Source: an uncultured Prevotellaceae bacterium
GTDB taxonomy: Bacteria; Bacteroidota; Bacteroidia; Bacteroidales; Bacteroidaceae
Direction of reading: 5' to 3'
DNA: 64,000 nucleotides
NCBI GenBank assembly: GCA_947174945.1
Contig: CAMWKZ010000011.1
Span: 4,374 to 68,373 of the forward strand
Shown: piece by piece, positions 1 through 10,166 of the stretch
How positions within the stretch are numbered: position 1 is the first letter of the stretch
Layout of the letters: each line of letters opens with the position of its first letter
Notes under the pieces: generated by a model
Database searches by the model: none
Told to the model about the DNA's origin: nothing
Seen by the model: only the letters and a program-made list of their open reading frames with translations
Translations under genes and position numbers: made by a program

Positions 1-354
1 GTCGGTCATGATGTCTACTTGGTTGTCTTTGAAAGGCAGTGACAGGTTTTGGTTGACAAAGAGGTCAACCAGCTGCTTGTGCTTCTCGGGAATTTGGATG
101 TCGTGCTGCCCGACGAAGCTCAGCATTGAGCGCTTTGTCAGCTGGTCAAGCGACCGCTGACTGATAAGCCGCTGCTTGCGGTGGTTGATTCCGAAGAACA
201 GGTAGAAGACGATGCCGACAAGGGGAACGAAGAAAATCACCAGCACCCATGCCATCGTTCTGGCGGGTTGCCGGTTGTCCATCACGACGTGGACGACGGT
301 CAGTGCGATGATAATCCACGAGAGGACGACACCTATGATATACAGTCCCTCCAT
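1..354 (-). CDS. cls: Cardiolipin synthase, N-terminal part (runs off the window edge)
   Basis: Not in the ORF track. Manual translation from the ATG at 354 gives MEGLYIIGVVLSWIIIALTVVHVVMDNRQPARTMAWVLVIFFVPLVGIVFYLFFG..., the typical two-TM PLDc_N start of Cls. The frame is open to position 1. Confidence 0.85.
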   Translation of the reverse strand, partial: MEGLYIIGVVLSWIIIALTVVHVVMDNRQPARTMAWVLVIFFVPLVGIVFYLFFGINHRKQRLISQRSLDQLTKRSMLSFVGQHDIQIPEKHKQLVDLFVNQNLSLPFKDNQVDIMTD

Positions 355-362
355 ATATAGGC

Positions 363-2306
363 TTATACGATAACGTCGGAGCCTAACTGCCGTGCCAGCT
401 CGTTGCGCAAGTTAAGCACGTCTTTATAAGTCTCCATGATTTGCTTCAGTTGCTCGCGGTCGTTGCCCACCTCTTTGAGCTGCCGTTGCAGTTCCTTTAG
501 GTGCTGCTTGACAATGTCCATACGGAAGTCGAGTATCAGGTGGATAATACGTTGCCGCAGGTTGTCCTCGCTCTCATTCAGCTTGAAGCTATCGCTCAGC
601 TGGTGGTTGTCAATACCCAGTGCGGCGGCCAACTGGCTCACCTGCGGGTCGGGGTGCTGCATGAAGTAGCGGTCGGCCTTGAACCCCTTGTCGCCTGAGT
701 GCTCCACGGCCTCGTGCAGAATGCGGTTGTATAGCTCGTTGCTAAAGCTAAGGCTGTCGGCAGCCAAGTCGTAGTCTATGAACTGCGCAACGTTCAGGTT
801 GATGGTCTGGCCGTCTGCCGTCTCCTGTCCGCTAAAGATAACCTTCTCGCCATACCTGACAATGTTCTGTATGAGCAACCGCTCTACCTCCTTGTCCAAA
901 GGGGTCAGCGGGTTTAACGAAGGCTGGCTTAGCGCATCCGGCTCTGGCTGCTGCGCCTCTCTGTCTTGCTCGCGGGCGATGCGCTTGCGCTCCTCTTCCC
1001 GTTCACCGGCAATGTATTTGTTCGTTTGCGAGATAAGGGTGCGCTCGTCTACGTCTACGCGTTGGGCACAGTCCTTGATGTAGGCGGTGCGTACCATCGG
1101 GTCGGGTATGACGGCAATGGAGCGCACAATGCCGTTGATGGCCTCGGCTCGCTTGATAGGGTCCTTTACCCCCTTCAGCATCAGTTCGGTCTTAAACTGG
1201 ATGAAGTCCGTCTGGTGTTCCTCGATATACTGCTTAAACTCTTGGGCAGAGTGCTTGCGACTGAACGAGTCGGGGTCGTCGCCGTCGGGCAGCAGCAGCA
1301 CTTTGATGTTCATGCCCTCTTGCAACAGCATATCGGTTCCGCGCATAGCAGCATGAATACCTGCCTCGTCGCCGTCGTAGAGCAGTACGATGTTCTGGGT
1401 AAAACGATGTAGCAGCTTGATTTGGAAGGTGGAAAGCGCCGTTCCTGAGTTGGCCACCACGTTCTCCAACCCGCACTGGTGCATAGCTATCACGTCGGTG
1501 TAGCCCTCCACCATGTAAACGCAGTCTTCCTTGACAATAGCCTTCTTAGCCTGATAGATACCGTACAACTCGCGCTCTTTATGGTAGATTTCCGAATCGG
1601 GAGAGTTAACGTATTTCTGCTGTACGCCTTTGGTGGCAGCGTCTAACTTGCGCCCTCCGAAGGCTACCACTTTGCCGCTGACATTAAACCACGGGAAGAT
1701 GGCACGGCCAGCAAAGCGGTCGTAAGGGCCGCGCTCGCTGTTGATGGCCAGCCCGGTCTTGACTAAAAACTCCTCCTTATATCCCTTGCGACGAGCTTCG
1801 TTGACCATTGCGTCGCGCTTGGTCAGCGCAAAGCCCAGCTGGAACTTCTTGATGATGTCGTCGCGAATGCCTCGGCTGCGGAAATACTGCTTGCCGATAG
1901 CCAGTCCGTCGGTGTCGTTTTGCAGGATGGCATGGAAATACTGACACGCCCACTCGTTAATAACGAACATCGACTCGCGCTCCGATTGCTCACGCTTCTC
2001 GTCGTCCGTCAGCTCACGCTCCTGTATCTCAATGTTGTACTTCTTGGCCAGCCAGCGCAACGCCTCGGGATAGGTTATCTGCTCGTGCTTCATCAGGAAG
2101 TTGACGGCATTGCCGCCTTCACCACAGGAGAAGCACTTGCATATCTGTCGGGCGGGCGACACCATAAACGAGGGCGTCTTGTCATCATGGAAAGGGCACA
2201 GTCCCTTGTAGTTAACCCCCGACTTGCGTAGGTTAACAAACTCGCCGACCACATCCACGATGTTGACGGTGTCCATGATTTTGTCAACGGTCGCCCTGTC
2301 TATCAT
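363..2306 (-). CDS. dnaG: DNA primase
   Basis: CHC2 zinc finger (CPFHDDKTPSF...CKCFSC), KYVNSPDS, and TOPRIM motifs VEGYTDV and YDGDEAG. Confidence 0.98.
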   Translation of the reverse strand: MIDRATVDKIMDTVNIVDVVGEFVNLRKSGVNYKGLCPFHDDKTPSFMVSPARQICKCFSCGEGGNAVNFLMKHEQITYPEALRWLAKKYNIEIQERELTDDEKREQSERESMFVINEWACQYFHAILQNDTDGLAIGKQYFRSRGIRDDIIKKFQLGFALTKRDAMVNEARRKGYKEEFLVKTGLAINSERGPYDRFAGRAIFPWFNVSGKVVAFGGRKLDAATKGVQQKYVNSPDSEIYHKERELYGIYQAKKAIVKEDCVYMVEGYTDVIAMHQCGLENVVANSGTALSTFQIKLLHRFTQNIVLLYDGDEAGIHAAMRGTDMLLQEGMNIKVLLLPDGDDPDSFSRKHSAQEFKQYIEEHQTDFIQFKTELMLKGVKDPIKRAEAINGIVRSIAVIPDPMVRTAYIKDCAQRVDVDERTLISQTNKYIAGEREEERKRIAREQDREAQQPEPDALSQPSLNPLTPLDKEVERLLIQNIVRYGEKVIFSGQETADGQTINLNVAQFIDYDLAADSLSFSNELYNRILHEAVEHSGDKGFKADRYFMQHPDPQVSQLAAALGIDNHQLSDSFKLNESEDNLRQRIIHLILDFRMDIVKQHLKELQRQLKEVGNDREQLKQIMETYKDVLNLRNELARQLGSDVIV

Positions 2307-2309
2307 GGC

Positions 2310-3263
2310 TTATCGGTTGTACTTCTTCAGGAGCCCCTTGACCAGTTTGCCATATTCCTTGATAACATCGTCAGGCCAGGGGCCCGTAGCTGTGGCGCGA
2401 GGCAATAGCATAGAGCACGACTCGTTTTTATCGCTGATGCTCCAGCATACCCAGCTGATGCCCAGCCGCTCGCACATCTGAATCCACTGCTCTTCGCTCT
2501 CGGGGTCGAGCTTGCCGTCGCCTGAAGCCTCGGTGGCACCGCTCTCGGAGATGAAGATGGGAATGCCTTTCTTTACGGCATCCTCAGTGCGCTGGCGCAG
2601 GTAGTCGCCATGCGTGGCGGCATAGAAATGGACGGTGTACATGATGTTCTGGAAACCCTCCAGCGGGCTTTCAGCCACAAGGTGTATGTCTTGGTCCCAG
2701 TGGGGGCAGCCCACCAGCACAATGTTGTCGGGGTCGTACTTGCGAATCTCGCTGATTACCTCAGTGTCATATTTCTTCAGGTCGGCCCATGTGTCTTCTA
2801 CAGGCTCGTTGTAAATCTCATAGATGATGTGCGGATGCTTGCCGTACTTTTGCGCCATGCGACCAAAGAACTCCTTGGCCTCCTGCGTGTTCAGACGGTG
2901 CGAGTGCCAGTCAATGATAACGTAGACATCCTGCTTGATAGCCGACTCGATGACGGGTGTCATGCACTGCATGGCAAAGTCGGGATTCTCCAGATAATTG
3001 TCTTCTATCAGGATGCCCATAGCGGCACGCACCACGCTGACATTCCAGTCTTGCTTCAAGGTCTGTACTATCTTCTTGTTATAGAAGCGGGGCCACAGGT
3101 TATGCCAGCCAAGGCTGACGCCCCGCAGGATGACGGGCTGGCCCTGCTGGTCGCAGAGCTGGCTTCCCTTTACTTGCAGTTGCCCGTATTTCTTCACGGG
3201 TGCCTGTGCCTGCGCCATGCTTACACACAGGCTTAACAATAGGATGGTTAGTAGTTTCTTCAT
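2310..3263 (-). CDS. Secreted GH5 endoglucanase (cellulase, GH5_2-like)
   Basis: Signal peptide; GH5 motifs IIDWH, YEIYNEP (acid/base), HFYAATH, IFISESG (nucleophile), WSISDKNES. Confidence 0.93.
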   Translation of the reverse strand: MKKLLTILLLSLCVSMAQAQAPVKKYGQLQVKGSQLCDQQGQPVILRGVSLGWHNLWPRFYNKKIVQTLKQDWNVSVVRAAMGILIEDNYLENPDFAMQCMTPVIESAIKQDVYVIIDWHSHRLNTQEAKEFFGRMAQKYGKHPHIIYEIYNEPVEDTWADLKKYDTEVISEIRKYDPDNIVLVGCPHWDQDIHLVAESPLEGFQNIMYTVHFYAATHGDYLRQRTEDAVKKGIPIFISESGATEASGDGKLDPESEEQWIQMCERLGISWVCWSISDKNESCSMLLPRATATGPWPDDVIKEYGKLVKGLLKKYNR

Positions 3264-3273
3264 TATTGGTATC

Positions 3274-4122
3274 TTAAAAGAGTGACAGCGTGTATAGGTA
3301 GACTACTGCGGCGGGAATGGCCAGCAGGCTGGAGTCGAAACGGTCGAGCATACCGCCGTGGCCGGGCAGGATGTTGCCAGAGTCCTTAATGCCCAGTGTG
3401 CGCTTGAACAAGCTCTCCACCAAGTCGCCCCATGTGCCGAAGACAACAACGACCAGCCCCAAGCCCATCCACTGTGGCATGGTGAGCATCGAGCCGTCCA
3501 GAAAGTAGCTGATGGCATAGGCGGCAGCCAGCACGAAGACGGCTCCACCGATGGAACCCTCCCACGACTTGCCCGGAGAGATGCGCGGGAACAGCTTATG
3601 CCGTCCGAGCAGTGAACCGATGCAGTAAGCGCCTGAGTCGTTGACCCACAGGAATACGAAGACCGACAGGGGTAGCAGCGTGTTGAACATCACCAACCCG
3701 TTGTTGGTGGCCGTGAAGGCCAGTACGTTCAGCAGCGAGAAAGGCAGGGCGATATACATCTGTGCCAGCATGGTATAGGCCCAGTCCTGAATGGGGTCAG
3801 GCTGTTTCAGATACAGCTCGGCCACCAGCAGGTAGACGATAGTCACCAGATAGGGGATGAACACCACCGACTTAGCGGCACCGCCATACAGGTCGCTGCA
3901 GAAATAGGTCATGGCAAAGAAGAAATAAACGCCCGCTACGGTGGATATGAAGCGGTTGACCGTTACGTCCTCACGCTCGTTGACCAGTCCTGTAAACTCC
4001 CAGATGGTCAGTCCTGTCACGATGCTAAACAGCAGTACCATAGCCTCTGGTCGTAGGAATGAGGCTACGATGGCCGCCACAAAGATGATGCCCGTAATGG
4101 TGCGCACGAAAAAGGTCTTCAT
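3274..4122 (-). CDS. cdsA: Phosphatidate cytidylyltransferase
   Basis: Multi-TM protein with SPGKSWEG and KRTLGIKDSGNILPGHGGMLDRFD signature motifs. Confidence 0.97.
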   Translation of the reverse strand: MKTFFVRTITGIIFVAAIVASFLRPEAMVLLFSIVTGLTIWEFTGLVNEREDVTVNRFISTVAGVYFFFAMTYFCSDLYGGAAKSVVFIPYLVTIVYLLVAELYLKQPDPIQDWAYTMLAQMYIALPFSLLNVLAFTATNNGLVMFNTLLPLSVFVFLWVNDSGAYCIGSLLGRHKLFPRISPGKSWEGSIGGAVFVLAAAYAISYFLDGSMLTMPQWMGLGLVVVVFGTWGDLVESLFKRTLGIKDSGNILPGHGGMLDRFDSSLLAIPAAVVYLYTLSLF

Positions 4123-4137
4123 AATGCTTGTCGTTGT

Positions 4138-6177
4138 TTAGTTATTCTCGGAGTTCTCTGAGCTGTTGGCGTTCTCTGGGTTCTCGGCGCTTTTGGCTTC
4201 CAGCTCCTTAGCCCTGCGTTCGGCCATTGCCTCGGCCTCTGCCCGCTGCTGAGCCTCAATCAGCTCCTCGGCGCGACTGGTCCACGGGCGTTTGCCGAAT
4301 ATCTCCTCTACGTCGTCGGCAAAGATAACCTCACGCTCCACCAGCAACTGCGCCAGCTTAGCGTGTCCCTCCTTGTGCTCCGTTAGTATTTGCTTGGCGC
4401 GCTCATATTGTTCGTTCACCATCTTCAGCACCTCGTCGTCCATAATCTTGGCCGTCGTCTCCGAGTAGGGGCGCTGGAAAGCATATTCGCTGTTATTGTA
4501 ATAGCACAGGTTAGGCAGTTTCTCGCTCATGCCGGCATAGGCCACCATGCCGTATGCCTGCTTGGTGGTACGCTCCAAGTCGTTCATGGCACCCGTCGAA
4601 ATCTGACCGATGAACAGCTCTTCGGCAGCGCGTCCGCCCAGCAGCGAACACATCTCGTCGAGCATGGCCTGCTTTGTCTGTAGCACTCGCTCCTCGGGCA
4701 AGTACCATGCAGCACCCAGTGCCCGTCCGCGCGGCACGATGCTAACCTTCACCAGCGGGTTGGCAAACTCGGTGAACCACGAGATGGTGGCGTGGCCCGC
4801 CTCGTGGATGGCGATGCTCCGCTTCTCCTGCTCGGTCATAACCTTGGTCTTCTTCTCCAGTCCGCCGATGATGCGGTCTACGGCATCCAAGAAGTCTTGT
4901 TTGCCCACCTTCTCACGGTTGAAGCGGGCGGCTATCAAGGCGGCCTCGTTGCACACATTGGCAATGTCGGCACCCGAGAATCCCGGGGTCTGGCGGGCGA
5001 GGAAGTCTACGTCGACACTATCGTCCAGCTTCAGGGGCTTCAGGTGAACGTAAAACACCTCCTTGCGCTCGTTCAGGTCGGGCAGGTCAACGTGTATCTG
5101 GCGGTCGAAACGGCCAGCGCGCAGCAGTGCCGAGTCGAGCATATCGGCACGGTTGGTGGCGGCCAGCGTGATGATGCCGCTGTTGGTGCCAAATCCGTCC
5201 ATCTCTGTCAGCAGGGCGTTCAGCGTGTTCTCGCGCTCATCGTTACCGCCCATAGCGGGATTCTTCGAGCGGGCACGCCCTACGGCGTCAATCTCGTCGA
5301 TGAAGATGATGCACGGGGCCTTTGACTTGGCCTTCTCAAACAGGTCGCGCACACGGCTGGCACCCACGCCGACGAACATTTCAACGAAGTCGGAGCCCGA
5401 CATCGAGAAGAAGGGAACACCAGCCTCGCCGGCTACGGCCTTGGCCAGCAGTGTCTTACCCGTTCCCGGAGGGCCTACCAGCAGGGCACCCTTGGGTATC
5501 TTGCCACCCAGCTCGGTGTATTTCTGCGGATTCTTCAGAAAGTCTACAATCTCTTGCATTTCCAGCTTGGCACCAGCCTGTCCGGCCACGTCCTTGAACG
5601 TGATGCCCAGTTCGCCGCCCTTCTCGTACATCTGGGCCTTCGACTTGCCCACATTAAAGATGCCACCGCCGCCGATGCCGCCACCACCGCCGCTCATGCG
5701 GCGCATGATGAACATCCACACGGCGATGATGCCCGCAAAGAACAGGATGTTCATCAGCAGTGAGTTGAAGAACTCGCCCTCCTTTGAGTTGTCGTACTGG
5801 AACTTGCCTTGGAACTTCTTTTGTTCGCGGGCTTTGTTGATAAACTGCTCTACTTGGTCGACCGACCCGATGGCCACGGTGACGCTGGGCGACTTGCCCG
5901 TCTGCTGCACACCCTGATGGAACACATCGCGGATGTGCTCTGCCTTGACGTACATCTGCAGGGTGTTGCTATACTTGTTGACCACTATCTTGTCGGCATA
6001 TCCCTTCATGACCATCGTCTTGAAGTCGGAGTAGCTCGTCTCCGTATTGACACTTGAGTTTTCCTGACCACTGGTGAAATACAGCACGGCCAGCGTGATG
6101 AGGACTATGCCGTAAATCCAGTTCATGTTGAACTTCGGCATATTCATCTGTGGTTTGTTGTTATTGTTCTGTTGCAC
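4138..6177 (-). CDS. ftsH: ATP-dependent zinc metalloprotease FtsH
   Basis: Two TM segments, Walker A GPPGTGKT, Walker [13 protein letters not shown] region, HEAGH zinc motif. The GTG start is uncertain; an ATG about 10 codons downstream is also possible. Confidence 0.98.
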   Translation of the reverse strand: MQQNNNNKPQMNMPKFNMNWIYGIVLITLAVLYFTSGQENSSVNTETSYSDFKTMVMKGYADKIVVNKYSNTLQMYVKAEHIRDVFHQGVQQTGKSPSVTVAIGSVDQVEQFINKAREQKKFQGKFQYDNSKEGEFFNSLLMNILFFAGIIAVWMFIMRRMSGGGGGIGGGGIFNVGKSKAQMYEKGGELGITFKDVAGQAGAKLEMQEIVDFLKNPQKYTELGGKIPKGALLVGPPGTGKTLLAKAVAGEAGVPFFSMSGSDFVEMFVGVGASRVRDLFEKAKSKAPCIIFIDEIDAVGRARSKNPAMGGNDERENTLNALLTEMDGFGTNSGIITLAATNRADMLDSALLRAGRFDRQIHVDLPDLNERKEVFYVHLKPLKLDDSVDVDFLARQTPGFSGADIANVCNEAALIAARFNREKVGKQDFLDAVDRIIGGLEKKTKVMTEQEKRSIAIHEAGHATISWFTEFANPLVKVSIVPRGRALGAAWYLPEERVLQTKQAMLDEMCSLLGGRAAEELFIGQISTGAMNDLERTTKQAYGMVAYAGMSEKLPNLCYYNNSEYAFQRPYSETTAKIMDDEVLKMVNEQYERAKQILTEHKEGHAKLAQLLVEREVIFADDVEEIFGKRPWTSRAEELIEAQQRAEAEAMAERRAKELEAKSAENPENANSSENSENN

Positions 6178-6204
6178 GTTCTCTTTGTTTTGGTTTTAAT
6201 GATG

Positions 6205-6564
6205 TCAGTCAAGGTCTGGAATCTGGGTCAGCGCAGCGTCGTCCCACAGGTGTTCCAAGTCGTAGTAGGCCCGCACGTCGGGCAGAAATACGTGAACCAG
6301 CACGTCCACATAGTCCATAGCCACCCATTGCGCATTCTCCAGTCCGGCCACCTTTGCCGGTTTTTCGCCCAGCTCCTTGCGCGCAAAGTCGCCTATCGAC
6401 TCGGCGATGGCCTCCACCTGTGCGGGCGATGAGCCCTGACAGATGATGAAGTAATTGCAGATAGCCCCGTCGATGCCTTTCAGGTCGGCCACTACGATGC
6501 CAGAGCCTTTCTTTTCTTGTATTCCCTTGATAATGGTTTCTACCAGTGTTGATGTTTGTTCCAT
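6205..6564 (-). CDS. rsfS: Ribosome silencing factor (Iojap)
   Basis: QWVAMDYVDVLVHVF...RAYYDLEHLW motif. Confidence 0.96.
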   Translation of the reverse strand: MEQTSTLVETIIKGIQEKKGSGIVVADLKGIDGAICNYFIICQGSSPAQVEAIAESIGDFARKELGEKPAKVAGLENAQWVAMDYVDVLVHVFLPDVRAYYDLEHLWDDAALTQIPDLD

Positions 6565-6593
6565 TTATGCGTTATAATGATGTTTATTGACTA

Positions 6594-6601
6594 CAAAGGT
6601 A
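6594..6601 (-). promoter_or_regulatory. Bacteroidota sigmaA -7 box (TACCTTTG) for the rsfS-ftsH-cdsA-GH5-dnaG-cls run
   Basis: caaaggta on the + strand, about 30 nt upstream of the rsfS ATG. Confidence 0.75.
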
Positions 6602-6696
6602 CACTGAATTATCGTAAAAGTGGCAAAGAAAAGAGGAAATTTTGCTGTTTTTCATAAAAAAAGCCGATTTTTCTTTGTTGTTTCAGAAAAATGCTG

Positions 6697-6704
6697 TACC
6701 TTTG
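6697..6704 (+). promoter_or_regulatory. sigmaA -7 box (TACCTTTG) for tRNA-Gln(CTG)
   Basis: Exact TAnnTTTG consensus with an upstream TTTG, 21 nt before the tRNA. Confidence 0.8.
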
Positions 6705-6725
6705 CACCCGCAAAACACGAACAAT

Positions 6726-6796
6726 TGGGGTATGGTGTAATGGTAACACTGCAGATTCTGGTCCTGCCTTTCCTGGTTCGAATCCGGGTACCCCAA
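6726..6796 (+). tRNA. tRNA-Gln (anticodon CTG)
   Basis: Acceptor stem TGGGGTA/TACCCCA, D arm GGTGTAATGGTAACAC, anticodon loop TT-CTG-GT, T loop GGTTCGAATCC. No encoded CCA. Confidence 0.96.
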
Positions 6797-6802
6797 CACC
6801 AA

Positions 6803-6839
6803 AGAGAGTCCAAACGCATGGCGTTTGGCTCTTTTATTT
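6803..6839 (+). terminator. Intrinsic terminator after tRNA-Gln(CTG)
   Basis: AGAGTCCAAACGC-ATG-GCGTTTGGCTCT hairpin followed by a T-rich tail. Confidence 0.8.
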
Positions 6840-6876
6840 CCAGATGGAGGAGTCAGCGGATTTTCGGTGCATATCA

Positions 6877-6986
6877 TGCGGAGCCCATCGGCACACGGTG
6901 CGGAGCGTATCGGTGCATGGTGCGGAGCGTGTCGGCACATGATGCGGAGCGCGTCGGTGCATGGTGCGGATGCGGTCGGCACATGA
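6877..6986. repeat. 22-bp tandem array, family A, copy 1 (5 units; consensus TGCGGAGCGYRTCGGYRCATGR)
   Basis: TGCGGA at 6877, 6899, 6921, 6943 and 6965, plus a degenerate AGCGGA at 6855. Confidence 0.95.
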
Positions 6987-7013
6987 CAAGACCATAGGTT
7001 ATGCACTGGGCAA

Positions 7014-7160
7014 CCCCAGCCCGCCGTTCATCCCTCCTCGTCTGGCCCGGTGACAGCCCCTGTTGTCATGGGGGAGTTGAAGCCTCCCCCTCATATTGGA
7101 GTCCCCCTATAGGGGGACGGAAATATAGAGGGGCTGGGAGACTTCAGCAGGGGGCTGGGG
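7014..7160. repeat. GC-rich nested inverted-repeat element (REP/MITE-like or structured RNA)
   Basis: Stems CCCCAGCCC(7014-22)/GGGCTGGGG(7152-60), CAGCCCCT(7054-61)/AGGGGCTG(7129-36), GGGGGAG(7070-76)/CTCCCCC(7084-90), and the perfect palindrome GTCCCCCTATAGGGGGAC (7101-18). Confidence 0.7.
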
Positions 7161-7196
7161 CGTGGATAGTGCGATTGAAATTGGAGAGTAACAACG

Positions 7197-8186
7197 ATGA
7201 GAATGAGAAAAAGTATTTTATTGATGCTCGTCCTGCTGGCTGCCGTTGTGCAGCTGACAGCCCAGCAAGTAACGCTGACCGAGCAGCGCCACTTTGGCAA
7301 GACCGTGCCTGCGGGCAACTATAGTGGCATTACGTGGCTTGGCGGCAACCGTTATGCAGTGGCTGACGACAAGTCGCCGACAGCCGGATTCCACCTGATG
7401 ACCATCCATATCGATAGTCTGACGGGCGATGTTCTGGATGTGCAGGCCGAAAGGTTTGTGACCAACCAGCAGCCTAACCGCGACGAGGAGGGCATCTGTT
7501 ACGTGCCGCAGTCGAACACCGTGTTCGTCAGTGGCGAGGCCGACGGGCAAATCGTGGAATACAGCATGGACGGCCAGCTGACGGGTCGCCTGCTGACCAT
7601 TCCCGCCGTGTTTGCCACGGCTTATCACAACCGCAGTTTCGAGGCTCTGACCTATAATGCCCAGACGCACCGCTTCTGGACTACCTCGGAGAACACCCTG
7701 CGTGCCGACGGCACGAAACCCAATATCCTCAACAAGGTTGCCAGCAGGCTGCGCCTGCAGAGCTTTGGCGACGACCTGCAGCCATGCGAGCAATACTGGT
7801 ACGTCACCGACTCATCTGCCGTCAAAAGCATTAAGGGAACGACCACACTGGGTGTCAGCGGACTGGCTGCCTTGGACGACGGTCGCCTTGTCGTGCTGGA
7901 GCGCGAGGTGCGCACAACGCCGAAAATCATAGGCTCCTTTGCCCATGTCAGGCTCTACGTTGTCAATCCGGCTATGCACTCCCCCGGCACTTTGCTACAA
8001 AAACAGTTGTTGGCGGAGTTCCGAACGTGTTTCAATCTAACCCGTCGTAACTTCGCCAACTATGAAGGCATCTGCGTAGGTCCTCGTTTGCAGGACGGTC
8101 GGCAAGTCCTCGTGTTACTTGCCGATTCGCAGAATCAATATAAAGGCATCCTAAGAGACTGGTTCAGGACAATCGTCATCCCATAA
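7197..8186 (+). CDS. Secreted 'esterase-like activity of phytase' family beta-propeller protein
   Basis: Signal peptide; repeated blade motifs NYSGITW, DEEGICY, SFEALTY, GVSGLAAL..LVVLER, ANYEGIC..LLADSQ. Confidence 0.75.
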   Translation: MRMRKSILLMLVLLAAVVQLTAQQVTLTEQRHFGKTVPAGNYSGITWLGGNRYAVADDKSPTAGFHLMTIHIDSLTGDVLDVQAERFVTNQQPNRDEEGICYVPQSNTVFVSGEADGQIVEYSMDGQLTGRLLTIPAVFATAYHNRSFEALTYNAQTHRFWTTSENTLRADGTKPNILNKVASRLRLQSFGDDLQPCEQYWYVTDSSAVKSIKGTTTLGVSGLAALDDGRLVVLEREVRTTPKIIGSFAHVRLYVVNPAMHSPGTLLQKQLLAEFRTCFNLTRRNFANYEGICVGPRLQDGRQVLVLLADSQNQYKGILRDWFRTIVIP

Positions 8187-8236
8187 GGGCGCAACGCTGC
8201 AACCGACTGGCATGGCAGCGTTTGTCCGCCGCCAGC

Positions 8237-10069
8237 TTACTCCTTGTTGCGGTTCTCAGCGTCAATGGCCTTGATTTTCTCACGCACCAGCTGCACCTCG
8301 TCCTTCAGCTTCTGCACCTTGCGGTTCATCTCGTCAATGAGTGAGTTGCCCTTCTTCGACGAGGCGTTCAGGAATCCGAGGTTGTTCTCGTAGGTCTGCA
8401 CCTCGCTCTTCAGTTGCTCATACTGGCGCATGAGGCGGGCGCGCTCGTTGTCCAGTGCGTTCTCGCCACGCTCGGCCACCTGACGCAAGTTGTCCTTAAA
8501 CTTGCTGAGACGGCGCTTGGCAACGCTGATGTTCAGGTCTTTGTAGAGCTTGTCAAGCACAGCGTGATATTCCTCGTACAGCTTGTCCTTCTCCTTGAAG
8601 GGCACGTGGCCGATGGACTGATACTCCTCCACCAACTTCTGCACGCGCTCCTGCAGCCCGTCGCCAGCCTCCTCGGCAGCGGCTTTTAACTGTTCAATGA
8701 CGCTGCGTTTCTTGTCTAAGTTCTGGTGCTCCTCGCCTCGCTGACCTACGCCAGCGGCATTGCGGGCCTCAAAGAACTTGTTGCAGGCTCCGAGGAACTC
8801 TTCCCATAGCTGGTCGCCTATCTTCTTGGGCACGGCACCGATGGTCTTCCACTCCTTCTGCAGGTTTATCAGCTTGTCGCTGGTCGACTTCCAGTCGGTA
8901 GAGTCTTGCAGGGCCTTGGCCTTTTCGATAAGGGCGCGCTTCTTCTCTGCATTCTCCTTGAAGCCATCCTTGAGTGCGCGGAAATACTCGGCTTTGCGGG
9001 CGAAGAAGTTGTCGCAGGCGGCGCGGAAACGCTCGAATATCTTGACGTTCATCTTCTGCGGGGCAAATCCGATGGTCTTCCACTCGGTCTGTATCTCGAT
9101 GATTTGCTTGGTGTGACGCTCCCAGTCGCTGCTGCCCTTGTTCTCCTCGGCTGCGATGGCCTCTACTTTCTCGCAGAGGGCGGTCTTCCTTTCAAGGTTT
9201 TCCTCCTCCTTGGCACGCAGTGATTCGAAGTGCTGCTGGTGGCGCTTGTTGATGACGGTCGATGCCGCCTTGAAGCGTCCCCATATCTCTTCGCGCAGCT
9301 CCTTGGCCGTGGGGCCCGTCTCGCGATATTCCTGATGCAGTTTCTGCAACTGGTGGAAGGCACTGATGATGTCAGTCTCCTCGGCCAGCTTCTCGGCAGC
9401 CTCGCACAGTTTCGTCTTCAGTTCCAAGTTCTTCTTGAAGTCGTATTCACGTGCTTCGCTGTTCAGTTTCAGCAGGTCATAGAACTGCTCCACATAAAGC
9501 TGATAGTTGCGCCACAGTTCGTTGGCACGCTCGGCGGGCACGTTCTTGATTTCCTTCCACTCGTCTTGCAGTGCCTTAAACTCCTTGTATGACTTGTTGG
9601 CATCCTCGGGAGAGGTCAGCATCGACTTGATTTTCTCGATGATGTCGAGCTTCTTCTGCAGGTTCTCCTGCTTCTCCTGCTCTTGCTCTCTGAACAGCTT
9701 CTGGCGTCTTTCCTTGATAATGCCCATCTCGGCCTTGAATGCCTCCTCGTCGGGGTCAGGTCTGAGCTGGTACTGTTCAGGGTCGCCGCCGCCGTCGGTG
9801 TATTCCTTGAACTCGGCTTCGCGCTCTGCCAAGTGCATCTTGTAGAATACCATCTTTAGGTAGTCTACCTCGTCCTTCTTGGGAGCCTCGTCGCTGTGAG
9901 CTATCTCGCGCACGCGCTCCAGCACTTCCTTCTTGGTTTGATACTGCTTGCGCTCAGGCTCGTTGCCTTCAGCCACGGGCTGCTCGGCCTCGGCTGCTGC
10001 GGTTTCCACTACGTCTTGTCCTACGTTCTGCTCCTCGATGGGAGCTTTTTCTTGAGAGTCCATCATCAA
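8237..10069 (-). CDS. DUF349 repeat coiled-coil protein
   Basis: Repeated ENL.KK..L.E...LQ.EWK.IG.VP......LW.RF..A.D.FF units. Confidence 0.9.
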   Translation of the reverse strand: MMMDSQEKAPIEEQNVGQDVVETAAAEAEQPVAEGNEPERKQYQTKKEVLERVREIAHSDEAPKKDEVDYLKMVFYKMHLAEREAEFKEYTDGGGDPEQYQLRPDPDEEAFKAEMGIIKERRQKLFREQEQEKQENLQKKLDIIEKIKSMLTSPEDANKSYKEFKALQDEWKEIKNVPAERANELWRNYQLYVEQFYDLLKLNSEAREYDFKKNLELKTKLCEAAEKLAEETDIISAFHQLQKLHQEYRETGPTAKELREEIWGRFKAASTVINKRHQQHFESLRAKEEENLERKTALCEKVEAIAAEENKGSSDWERHTKQIIEIQTEWKTIGFAPQKMNVKIFERFRAACDNFFARKAEYFRALKDGFKENAEKKRALIEKAKALQDSTDWKSTSDKLINLQKEWKTIGAVPKKIGDQLWEEFLGACNKFFEARNAAGVGQRGEEHQNLDKKRSVIEQLKAAAEEAGDGLQERVQKLVEEYQSIGHVPFKEKDKLYEEYHAVLDKLYKDLNISVAKRRLSKFKDNLRQVAERGENALDNERARLMRQYEQLKSEVQTYENNLGFLNASSKKGNSLIDEMNRKVQKLKDEVQLVREKIKAIDAENRNKE

Positions 10070-10166
10070 TAAAGTTTAGTGAATGAAATGGTTAGTATAC
10101 ACAAAATCAGGCTTCAAAGTTAAGTAAAAAAACTGAAACCGCCTAATCTTTTTCAAGAAAAGTGCG

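Noticed and set aside
6751-6767. A-C mismatch at the base of the tRNA-Gln(CTG) anticodon stem as a sign of a pseudogene
   Set aside because: All other arms, the promoter and the terminator are intact, and a single mismatch next to the loop is tolerated in functional tRNAs.
6620-7006. ORFs 6620-6997(+), 6683-7006(-) and 6691-6942(+)
   Set aside because: They overlap the tRNA-Gln gene, its terminator and the 22-bp array; they are open only because the repeat lacks stop codons.
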